From Eledone cirrhosa (taxonomy: Eukaryota): DNA of 64,000 nt. Shown one piece after another: positions 52,879 to 64,000 of this stretch (positions within the stretch are counted from its first letter, which is position 1; each line of letters opens with the position of its first letter). The stretch lies in assembly GCA_964016885.1 (NCBI GenBank), contig OZ024742.1:135408001-135472000 (forward strand). The letters run 5' to 3'. The notes under the pieces were generated by a model. It was not told the DNA's origin. It was given only the letters and a program-made list of their open reading frames with translations, and made no database searches. The position numbers and the translations under genes were made by a program.

Positions 52879-53825
52879 GAGAGAGGAAGAAATAAAGAAA
52901 GAGATGGATAGATAAATAAATAGATAGAAAGAAAGTTAGAAGGTGAGGTGGAGAAAGGGAAATATAAGATATAAGCGAGAAAGGCTGAATGAGGACGATC
53001 CTTTATACATAAAATATATTCAATCATAATAAGTTAATTGACTTTGCAAAAGGAAAGCTTACAAAATATTCTGAAACAAATATTTTATGAACAACCAACG
53101 TTGCACAATAGCGCTTCCATCTTAGATGTAATTACTGCTTTCCTGCTCGGAAACAATTGAACTATACTGTGATGTGTGAGTAAGCAACCATATCTATATT
53201 CATAACTGCACAATGGAGGAGATCGATTGTAGAAATAAGGAAGAAGAGAATTAGATACCTGAAGGTATTCTATCAAGTTTTCTTTCCCCCGATGTTTTTT
53301 CTAACGCAGTTGATTTTACATTTTTTCTTGAGAAGAATCTCGACCAGCTAGAATTAGCTTCCAAATCTTCCTCAAATCAAACCCTATTGTTTTAAATTCA
53401 ACGAAAATAAACACACCAAGTATAATGCTGTCTTAAACGTTATTTTTGAAGCAAAAGCCGGGATGGACACGGATGAAAAACACCTGATCAGTATTTGCCT
53501 AGAGCTAAAGAACGATATATATTAATATATACAATTTTGGTATGTGATAATAAGAAGTAGCGACTAAATCTTCCTTAAATCTTGCGCTACTGTATTGTAA
53601 AAATTGAGGGCACATTAGATTACGTAGTTTTATATATACAATGCCTGATGGAAACAATAACGTATAGTGACCTTATTATTTTTATCTGTTTCAACCATTA
53701 GACAGCAGTTACGCCGACGTATTACCTTAAATGGATCAAGTCGACTATATAAAACTCAAAAAGCATTTTTACAAGGCTGATGCTTATTTTAACGGTCTTC
53801 CTTCATTGAACAATTAAGCACACAC

Positions 53826-53876
<51 letters not shown>

Positions 53877-53950
53877 TGTCACAAACAGTCATAACCGGCA
53901 TGGACTGGAGTTTGGATTCTGTCGATCGATTGGTTATTGATTAGGTGATA

Positions 53951-54062
53951 CCCGCTGATGAAGCCACATACGCTGATTATGCATTGTTGCATAATATATG
54001 ATAGACAGAGGGTGCAGTGCACCTTACTGCTGTATTAAGTGTGGCCGAAACTCGAGTCCGCG
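53951..54062 (+). ncRNA. Type I hammerhead with long stem II insert
   Basis: cccg-CTGATGA-aGCCACAT..GTGTGGCc-GAAA-CTCGAG-TC-cgcg; stem I imperfect. Confidence 0.65.
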
Positions 54063-54208
54063 AACTATTATAGGTACCCATTTTACGTGTGTTGTGTTGA
54101 AGCGAATAACTATGTGTATACTCTGGGAAGTATCTTACATTGGCTTTTGAGTACGCTGAGATACAACCGGTCCTGGCATTGATAAATATGCTGGGTCCGT
54201 CAACTCCT

Positions 54209-54289
<81 letters not shown>

Positions 54290-54429
54290 TATACATGCAT
54301 ATATATATGATATATGTGTGTGTTGTGTGTGTGCGTGTGTGGTTGTGTTTATGTGTGTGTATCCAAAACAGGGGCGAGCAGCGGACAAACATTACGGAGA
54401 AAATAACAGAAACACAGACATTTCCATCT

Positions 54430-55800
54430 TCTCAGTCTACTTCTGGAAGTCACTACAGTTTTAGTTAATTAACGTTGTACTGACCATTCCAGTGCACATT
54501 AGGCTGTAACTAACAGGTACAGACTAACACAGGATGAATTTTACCTCTAGGTGAATTACACATATAAAGAAGAAACGGGAGGAAAAGAAATACCATAGAC
54601 AAAAGCAGGTCAACTGGAAAAGAGAGAAGAGTACGTGAATCTGCAGCCGAATAAGAAAAATATAGAAAGAAGAAAAGCAGAAAATTAGAAAAGAATACTA
54701 GGTGCTATAGTCCAACGTGCAGACAAAGAAGAATGACACTGAGGCGTACAACATTTAGCAAGACTGACAGGGCGGTGTACCATCTATTGTATGATAGGTT
54801 TAAAAAAGCTGGTGTAGCTAAGACTTTCAAATATGAATACAAAGCAGGTGGAGGAGTAAAGGACAAATATAGCGGATAAATTAACGGAAAAATGGAGAGA
54901 CCCATCTCCTCGGTCAATCTCTTTTATTCACTACAATTTCAGCCCTTGTGATAACTGTTCATTCCAGTACAAATTGGGATTCAACAAAACATATTTCCTA
55001 TGTGATCTCGCCTCCGATGCGTGAAGATCTGTAGCTATTAGCTATCTACAGCACATTTTAACAGCGTGGTATTCTACGCACGCTCATTGCTTCATTATCT
55101 CAGCATCATCATCACTCTATCCTCGAGGTACCATATGTCTCTTATCCGGTCAAGCTGTCGTGTGCGTTCATGCGTGTAAGGCAGTCGGCCTGCCTTTCAC
55201 TGCTAGATTTAGTTCGTAGGTCACACTTAGGGGCCGATGTCTCTGGCATCCGTATTCAAAATTGGGGGCACACAGGACAAAGACAATGGAAAAGTCAACG
55301 GACAATACTTTTCACAGTCAACCTCTGGAAATCACTACGGTTTCAATGAATTTAAGGTCCATACCGTTCACCAAACTGCACATTGCGACGTAAGCAAATT
55401 TATAGAGAAAAGGTTTTCCTTTAATCAAATTACACAAATATAGAATTTGCAGGGGCTGAGCCAAAGGAGAATAAATACAGAAAGGAGAGAAATAGTAAAA
55501 CAGAAATAAATAATAAAGACTATAGTCCAACATGTAGACAAAGAAAAAGAATACTGAAGCGTAGAAAACGTAAGAGGGAGAATGGGAAAAACAGAACGGG
55601 CTGTGTGATGTCTATACTATGATATTTAAAAAAAAAAGATTTTAGAATATAAATTCAAAATAAGAGGCGCGCAGGACGTGAACAAGAAAAAAACAACAAA
55701 AAAAAACAACATACACTACCATCTCCTCAGTCACCCACTGGAAATCAATACGGTTTCGGCGTTTAAGGTCTCTACCGTTCATTCCAGTGCTCATAAGGAT
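54430..55800. repeat. Old diverged tandem repeat, about 390-500 bp spacing, 4 partial units
   Basis: cagtc..ctggaaatcactacggtttc..ttccagtgc-like blocks near 54432, 54927, 55315 and 55727. Confidence 0.55.
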
Positions 55801-56718
55801 GTATCCTTGCGTATATTCCCAACGCCTGTCTTTTATCAAGCATCTTTACGGATATTTGTAACTTGCAACATATTAAATTTCATTATTTCAATTGTATTAT
55901 ATGTAGTTCTAATATTAGTTTTCATCTTCGAGTATACCCTCCATGTCCCAAACACTATACCACTTTTTACTACAGGCATTAAGTGGACACCTTCCTTTCC
56001 AAGGAACTCATTTTTAGTCGAAAATATATCAGCGTATCTTCTGAAACCATTTCATCACGCCATTATTATTTTTCTCAATTATTCTTCTGCGTTTGACATG
56101 TTAACTACCATTCCGAGATATTTGTAAAATTGTAATTTCTTGACTAATCAGCATATATCCTTGTCTATTCCCGTCTGTTGCTGTTTGCTATATACCTCTT
56201 CTTTCATTTATGTATGTTCAGCGCCGGATTATAATTTGTACTATGTGTTAGACTGAGTTGTTTAATCTTATCTAAAGGTTTTGTTTTCTCTATATCTTAT
56301 TATACTATCCTATTCCAAATACTACAGATAATATCAAAAAGAAGGTGAACGCTGACTGAGCATTTGATCCAGAACGGAGGAAAATGGAAGGACGAAACGA
56401 ATCATGAAGGGGGTTCGATGTGAGATCGGGAGAAGAAGAAACAAGCAGAGAAGATAGAGGCAAAGGGTGAAGAATGCATAAGGATGATTAGCGAGGTACG
56501 AAACCTGTTTAAACATTAATAGACAGGAATGAAAGGAAGGAGATTATGAAGGGACACAACCAGCAGTTCACTGTTACATCGTAAGGAAGAAGTAGAAGAA
56601 AAAGAAGCGCGCACACATACACACGCACGTACGCACATACACACACACACGCATATATATACATATATATATACTTATATTTAAGTATATATTTATATAC
56701 ATATGTAAAAGCATAGAT

Positions 56719-56807
<89 letters not shown>

Positions 56808-56832
56808 TGGATGTGTGTGTGTATGGATGTGT

Positions 56833-56916
<84 letters not shown>

Positions 56917-58334
56917 GCCTGTGTGTATGTGTGTGTCTATGAGTATGGGGATTATGTGATTGCATTTATTAGTATATGTGTGTTTGGGTATGTGCCACGA
57001 GTGAGTGAGAGAGTGTGTGATACACAGCTGAAATAATCTCTTAAATTACTATATCTTTTCCCTTTGCCAACACCGGATCACTTTTCAGTTTCAAACAGAA
57101 CCACCATCTCCCACCCACACATTGTCATTCGACTGATTCCCATCGCCAACTCCTCTCTTGCCAGTGATCCCCCCCCCCCCCCCACATCATGTTGCTAAGC
57201 GATGGAATTGTGACGGAGAAAAATTGGTTTCTTTGTAAAAGACAATGGTAAATTCAATTCTTCGCTTGTCATTGTCCGAAAGCTTTGATGTGACAATGTT
57301 AATGGTCTGAAAGGAAGAACATGTAAACACAGCTGCGCGTTTGATGGTGAAAGTCCCGTATGGCATGTGGTGCTCTTCTGTGATGAGTATAACTGTAATC
57401 AATGAAGTAAATTCATTAAGATCTAGCATAGAAATGAAAACAGTCGTATCACGAATCAACAAGGAAGAATCTACTTTATCTTTTGAGCTGCTAAAATCAG
57501 CAGTGTAATTTGCATATATCCCACACAGATGTCTCAGACCGAAAGTAGATTCAATAATATCTAATTCGATATCGATAGCGTAATGTCACACGACGCAAGC
57601 ATTTTTGAGTGGTTAAGACGTTCGCTTTGAGATTAGGTGATTTCGAGTTTTGTTCCAGTCCTTATAATATTGGACTAGTGACTTTTACTCTGAACTTGAG
57701 CTGTCGCTCAAAGTTTATGTATGAAATTTATGATACGGAAAATGAGCCGAAGTTTGGACAGATCATACATTATTTTCAATGGCCCAGTCTCATGCGATGT
57801 CTCATCCAGGTTTTACTTCTGAATAATGTTAAATGAGCGTGTCTCTAATGCACTCAACTATTTAAACGTTTATTTAACGAGAAAACAATTCGGTTGGAGA
57901 CGCATTGGCAGGTTTTGTAGAGTGTCAAATAAAATTATTCACTCTATATTTTTCAGTTCTCAAAGATCCGTTTTTAAATCCCGCCGAAGTTAAATATGCT
58001 TTTAACTTTTCTGGATCGTTAAATAAAGTACCACTCTGAGGTATAGATTTACGGAATTGTTTCAGCAAGACGGTGCCCCGCTAGTATGCAGCCTGGATAT
58101 CACCTTAACAACATTGTTTTCGTAAAGAGTGGAGACTTGCATGTTTAAACAAACACTAAACTTCTATGGTGTAATCATTGCATAAGAGAACACAATTTCA
58201 GATGAAATCCAAGGTCTCACAAAACATAGAGAGTCCTATAGATATGCTCAGCCGACACTATGTTCCGTTCAGATAAAACTGGAAAAACTCATCACAGACA
58301 GTTAAATACACACACACAAGCACACTCACACACC

Positions 58335-58380
<46 letters not shown>

Positions 58381-59750
58381 CATACGGATCGTTAAAAATA
58401 TGCTTTTGTCAATCTGTAACAGTATCTATTCGTGTATTTCAGACATATAACTCATCATCAGTAGTGGCTTGCTTTCTCCGAAGTACTAAAGTATGAAGGA
58501 CACTAAAATCTTAAAAAAAATATTAACAAGCGGTCCTACACATAGTAGAAATAGTATTAATTATCACTACATTATAACATTAACACTGTGGCATTCAGAA
58601 TAACGGCGCCTATGGAATTATAGACAGCATATTTGTACATATACAGAGGCAAAGAGTGAGGGAGCGAGAGAGAAATCTATTTGTATAAATGTGTGTATTA
58701 GATGCCAAGTCGTAAATGAGGCTAACAGAACTTGAAAGACCGACATTATCTTCGATATTTTATTACAATATGGATGTCTTGACAATCTGAAGCAATATCC
58801 AACGGCAGTTCCACTACCACTAGCACCATCACCAACAACAGAAACATCAACAAAAATACAACACTAGCACAACAAACACGAGATAATTACCTCGCGGGAG
58901 ATACAACGATAGAAGCGCGATTACATGCAGGTTTGACCTGGTAAAAATAGCAGCTAAATTTTCCTCATAGTGGTAAGAAACTCCAAGGCGAGCTGGACAG
59001 CTGAAGGTTTTTAGAGAAGAAAACGGCCTCAAGCAAGTCTCTCCGTCCTTAAATCACATACACCTGTCTTAATGCGAGAAAGTCATAGAGGATATTGTAA
59101 TCTGATACATGCTATGGCTAACGAAAATGACGTTGAGGTCACGACTGAGTATTATTTGATTATTTGTTTGCTTAATCAAGTCTTACCTAGCGTTAAAAAA
59201 AATAACTAAGCCACCATAACTACTACCAACTTCCTCACATGCATCATATCACTCCCTTCTATAGCTTACGTTTCTATCAAACCACCGCTCTCTTAGCCAA
59301 ATGGTTTCACCGACACCACCAACAGCCTCATTAACGCCAACATCACCACCAACAAACTGATGAAAAATCTGTTAGAAATAGCAGCCAAATGCCACTCTAG
59401 TGACTTGTAACAGAAGAAGAAGAAGAAGAAGAAGAAGAAGAAGAAGAAGAAGAAGAAAGGAGTGTCATGGGTAAAATGTCCCTGATCATAGTTCCGTTCA
59501 ATCAGTGCTGGCCTAGGGGGAAATAAAACATATTCATCAACACCAACACACTCAATATCAATATCAGCAACAATACCACTACCACGAACAACATCAATAC
59601 CAACACAGCTGCCGTACTATAACATAAGACTTTCTTCCTTCCGGGTGGTCGTGTGACTTGTTTTTAATTTTTAATTGAAAAACAACAGAAAATCCTTGAC
59701 AAATAACACGCTGAAAAAAAGAAAAGAAACTCCCAAAACAAAAAATAGCA

Positions 59751-59939
59751 ATAATTGTTTCTACTTTTGGCACAAGGCCAGCAATTATCCAGTGTATTAC
59801 TGGTACTTTATTTTATCGACCCCATAAGGATGAAAGGCAAAGTTAACCTCGGCGGGATTTGAACTCAGATCGTAAAGGGACGTAACTATGCTGGAAAGCA
59901 TGGCGTCCGACCCTCTACCGATACTGCCAATCCACCGCC
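59751..59939 (-). mobile_element. Full-length tRNA-derived SINE (Meta-like core)
   Basis: ggcggtggattggcagtatcggtagag head, B-box gagttcaaatcc. Confidence 0.85.
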
Positions 59940-60247
59940 CTTAAATAGCAATAATACAATCACATCAGTACTACGAACTACAATAACATTAACACCACCA
60001 ATACTCGCCACTACAGCACTATTACTGCAAAAGCAACGGTAGCAACAGTTGTAGTAATAGAGATTCTAGCATATTTAAACCGTAATAGTAGCACTCTAGT
60101 AGCTTTAATAGCAAGAGTAACAACGTCGGTTGCGAATGTGATAGTATCAGTAATAGAATCAGTCATAGATGCAATGATAGCTTCATTAATAACACCAGTA
60201 ATAACAGCGGCAATAACACCGTTAGTAATAGCAGCAGTAATAACAGT

Positions 60248-60432
60248 AATAATTGTTTCTACTTTTGGCACAAGGCCAGCAAATACTCAGTAGATTACTG
60301 GTACTTTATTTTATCTACCCCGTAAGGATGAAAGGCAAAGTTAACCTCGGCGGGATTTTAACTCAGAATGGCAAGGGCCGTAACTCTATGCGTCAAATCA
60401 TGGCGTCCGACCCTCTACCGATACTGCCAGCC
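60248..60432 (-). mobile_element. tRNA-derived SINE copy
   Basis: Near-identical to 59751-59939. Confidence 0.85.
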
Positions 60433-60944
60433 AAATCACAGTAATAATATTAGTAAAACCAACAGTAAGAACTGGAGTAATGATAATAGAAATAGTTGCA
60501 GAAATAGTACCAATAACACTAACAGTAATAAGAATAGTGTCGACGTCAATAAAATGAGTAATAACATCAGTCTTAGCACATGTAATAGCGGCAGTAGTAA
60601 TAGCAACAATAATAGTGTTAGTAATAGCAAAATGCCGTCAATTTATCGACGAGGAGCAGGTGAGATACAACGCCCCCAGTATTTGACTGAACTTTTTTTT
60701 ATTAATCTTTCTACGCTGCTAGAAATGTTGAGCCCGGCGCTATTTGAACTAAAAATCTTCATAAATAGGGCTGAACATTTTGTCCGATGATATAACGATG
60801 TTTCCTTTCTTCCGCAATAATACAAATACCATTGAATGTAACAAGGGAAAACGTAATTATAACAATAACTCCAAAGATACCTGCCGTAGAAAAAATAAAA
60901 GTAACTTCAACAAAATATATAGCAACAAGAGCAACAATAAACGA

Positions 60945-61095
60945 GTGGATTGGATGTATTGATAGAGCATCTGACAACATGCTTTTTAGCATAGAGTTAC
61001 GGCCCTTTAAGGTCTGAGTTCAAATCCCGCCGAAGTTAGCTTTGCTTTTCATCCTTACGGGCTCGATAAATTAAATTACCAGTCACGCACAGGGG
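60945..61095 (+). mobile_element. tRNA-derived SINE copy, opposite strand
   Basis: gagttcaaatcccgccgaagttagctttgcttttcatccttacggg. Confidence 0.8.
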
Positions 61096-61123
61096 TTAAT
61101 TTATGTGTGTGTGTGTGTGCGTG

Positions 61124-61160
<37 letters not shown>

Positions 61161-61162
<2 letters not shown>

Positions 61163-61445
61163 AGGCACGTGGCCTAGTGGTAAGGGTGTTGGACTTACGA
61201 TGATAATGTCGTAGGCTCGATTCCTGGGTTGCGTGTTGTGTTCTTGAGCAAAACACTTTCTTTCACGTTGCTCCAGTATACTCAGCTGAAAATGAGTACC
61301 AGCAATTGCTGGAGGTTTAACCCTGCGATGACTGGCGTCCTGTCCAGGGGTGTGTCTTGTACTCTTAGTCGCTTCACGCCATGAAACCGCGATAAGCCCC
61401 GGCCAAATGAGCCTACTGGCTTAAGGCAGACTTTAGACTTTCTTT
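61161..61445 (+). mobile_element. Second tRNA-derived SINE family (CORE-like plus V-like domains)
   Basis: A box tggcctagtgg, B box ggctcgattcc, gtgttcttgagcaaaacactt, cctgcgatgactggcgtcctgtccagggg. Confidence 0.8.
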
Positions 61446-61550
61446 ATATATATATATATATATATAAATATATATATATAAAAAGAAAGTCTAAAATCTG
61501 TCTTAAATATGTATATATATATATATAGATATGTGTGTTTGTGTGTGTGT

Positions 61551-61624
<74 letters not shown>

Positions 61625-62399
61625 CGATGGAAGTGTGGCAGAAATAATCGTCGAAATGGCTTGTGCTCTGCCGTCGGGGTCTTGAACATATTCCTATATG
61701 TATGCGCATATATATATTTTTCTCCTTTTTTTACCTACGTCATAGAGTGATGTTTAAAAAATTGGCCTCGTACTGAATGCTCCTTTCTTGGTCTTTTCAA
61801 AGAAGCTGATTTTGAGAGAGGGAGGGGGATAGATATGTACTCCGGTACTTGATTGAATCGTAATTATTTATCGGTGTAGATGGAATTAAATGTTATGTTT
61901 GTCTCAGCGGATTTGAACAGTCGAAAAGAGGTAGAATAAATACTGCAAGTTTTTCTATCCAATATTCTAAAGAATCTCCCAATTTGCCACTTGTTACCTA
62001 AGTTACAGACGACAAAGTCAGGCCAAGGAGATTTCAATCAATGTCGTCGTCTCTGAGATTAGAAGTTAGACTGTTGAAGAACGAAGCCAAAACTACAAGG
62101 CGATAATACGTTTGTGGCATCAATGTAAGTCTTCGTCAAAATAACTGTTAACGTTGAGGTGATATTGACAATAATATGTAAAAAAATAAAACAGCTATAC
62201 CTATAATAACAGCCAACTAAAGCAGCTATGACATCAATAAAGCTAAAAGCACTAACTCTGACAAGAACGACACAACAAACATCATCAGCATCAACAACAA
62301 CAACAACAACTACAAGAATTATTGCAGGAGCAAGCAAAATCTAAAAATCAATAAGAAATACTGCAGCAGCAGTAAGTCTGTCAATGTATGTTCCTTCAC

Positions 62400-62920
62400 A
62401 CGTCGCCTTGAGGCATCAATTTCCATCTATATATATGAAGCATGAAAATATCAAAACTACTACAAGCACAACATTAGATTTTATTATATATTTAGGCTTC
62501 CATACCATACTGCCCCGTAACATGCTGATAATTGGTTATTGCTGAGGAATAGGAAAATGTCCACCTGTTGCTGCAGGCCAGTGTATGAGGAATTTAACAT
62601 TGACTGAACTGTTTTGCGCACGGAACAAAAGAAAAGCAAATACATAACCATCATTATAACTGAAAACTGAATCCGAAATTTGAGTCAAAGTAATGGATGA
62701 AACGAGTCTGAAGGTAAAATTGGTGATATGTTGCATAATATTCGCACCATCGAATCACAAGCACTATTCGTTTAACTTCGTCGTTTTCGACGATGAATTA
62801 TTTTCCAGTTTTCGAGCAACGGAAGGACCAGCTAGCGAAATTAACGCATAAGCGGTGAAGCATTCCTCAAATACGTGAAAACAATGTAATTTTCATGGAG
62901 TTCCTGTGTGTCACAGTGTT
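62400..62920 (-). pseudogene. Possible decayed LRR remnant
   Basis: LTQISDSVFSY; weak. Confidence 0.25.
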
Positions 62921-64000
62921 TGATGATAACGCTGGGTCTTTGAATTACAGATCCCCACTATCCAAAATACCACGCACTCATATCGAACCCGAGACCTAAT
63001 GTTTGCAAAGCGTACGTATTACACATTCGGTCATATTGTGTCCACATTTGCACTTATAAACCACACAATATAAATAGATAGTTCCCGATGGTAGTCTCAA
63101 CCAAGCCAGAAACGTGATTCAAGCTGTACATATTTTCCAATCTGTTGAGAAAAGCGTCAATAAGACACAACTGCATGTTTACATATGTAAATGTTTTTGA
63201 ATAAACATAACTCCCAGCTACAGTTAAATCCTCTACCTCTGTGTACCTATATGGAATTACAACATATCATATTGAATATTACACTGTGATGTAGGCAATA
63301 TGCCATGTGTTCGCATCACATTAAATGAAAAGAATTTTACTTAGGTTGCCCTGAAATATAGTTTTAATTTAAATGTTGAATAATAATTAAATCATATGAG
63401 TACGCGTCTGCGTAGTGGCTCGGTTTCCCAGACTTAGAAATTATACGACACTAAAAAACTCCCTATATTCTTACCATAATGTAATTCTTGACTGGTCTAG
63501 GTATACTATTTTGGAAAACAGACAGGAGAAGTGTTAGTTAGATACGATTTTGTCATACATTTGCTGGATCTTTGCTTATCTGTGACTAAATCAGAGCATA
63601 TAATTCATTAAAAGGGCTTAAGCAAATCGTATGTGATGTCGCGACTTACAATGTTCAAGATTTAATTGATTTTGCATTAAAACACGCTGGCGAGGCACGC
63701 GTTATGCATGTGCAACGATTAATACTCTCTCAAAAGAGGGAACATATAAATATAAGTATGATACGTTTCATACTGTGAAATATAGTAGAACATAAAGGAA
63801 GTATCAAACAGTATACGTGAGTTCGATCCCCATATGACGCCGGCTTTTAAATATATTTCATAAATGCTCTTTGTATCCGAACCAACATATATCAATATGT
63901 ATTCGCCGTTGAATTGTAGTTTTAACCGTTAATGAATTTCGTTTAAATATATTTAGTTTCCTTGTAAATTACGCTCATACGTCGCGTGATATTCTCTAAC

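Larger units (their letters stand above)
53050..57500 (-). pseudogene. Scattered decayed LRR remnants between repeats
   Basis: LDLNEFTSLITVIL, KLSDNDKRRIE, VTNIRKDA, DLRKIWKLILAG, IEYLQVSNSLL. Confidence 0.35.

Noticed and set aside
59751-61260. tRNA genes
   Set aside because: The A and B boxes belong to SINE heads; no complete cloverleaf.

Overview
AT-rich, microsatellite-dense animal genomic DNA; the SINE types and (TA)n load suggest an octopod cephalopod (inference). No intact host gene is visible. It holds an intact R4/Dong-type RLE non-LTR retrotransposon (43-3435, -), a very young Naiad-type Penelope-like element (26451-31282, -) broken by one frameshift, five more Penelope relics, Tx1/L1 and RTE fragments, Helitron-type non-autonomous elements and tRNA-derived SINEs. 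The main hidden layer is RNA catalysis: about a dozen intact or near-intact minimal type I hammerhead ribozyme motifs from at least seven families, each with its own palindromic stem III. These include a 430-nt tandem retrozyme-like array (18424-19765) and a U3-A8 core variant. Many insertions sit in (TA)n tracts and show inversion or fold-back junctions. The unique DNA between repeats looks like a cluster of heavily decayed Toll-like receptor (LRR/LRRCT/TM/TIR) pseudogenes. All motif calls were read by eye; no searches or folding programs were run.
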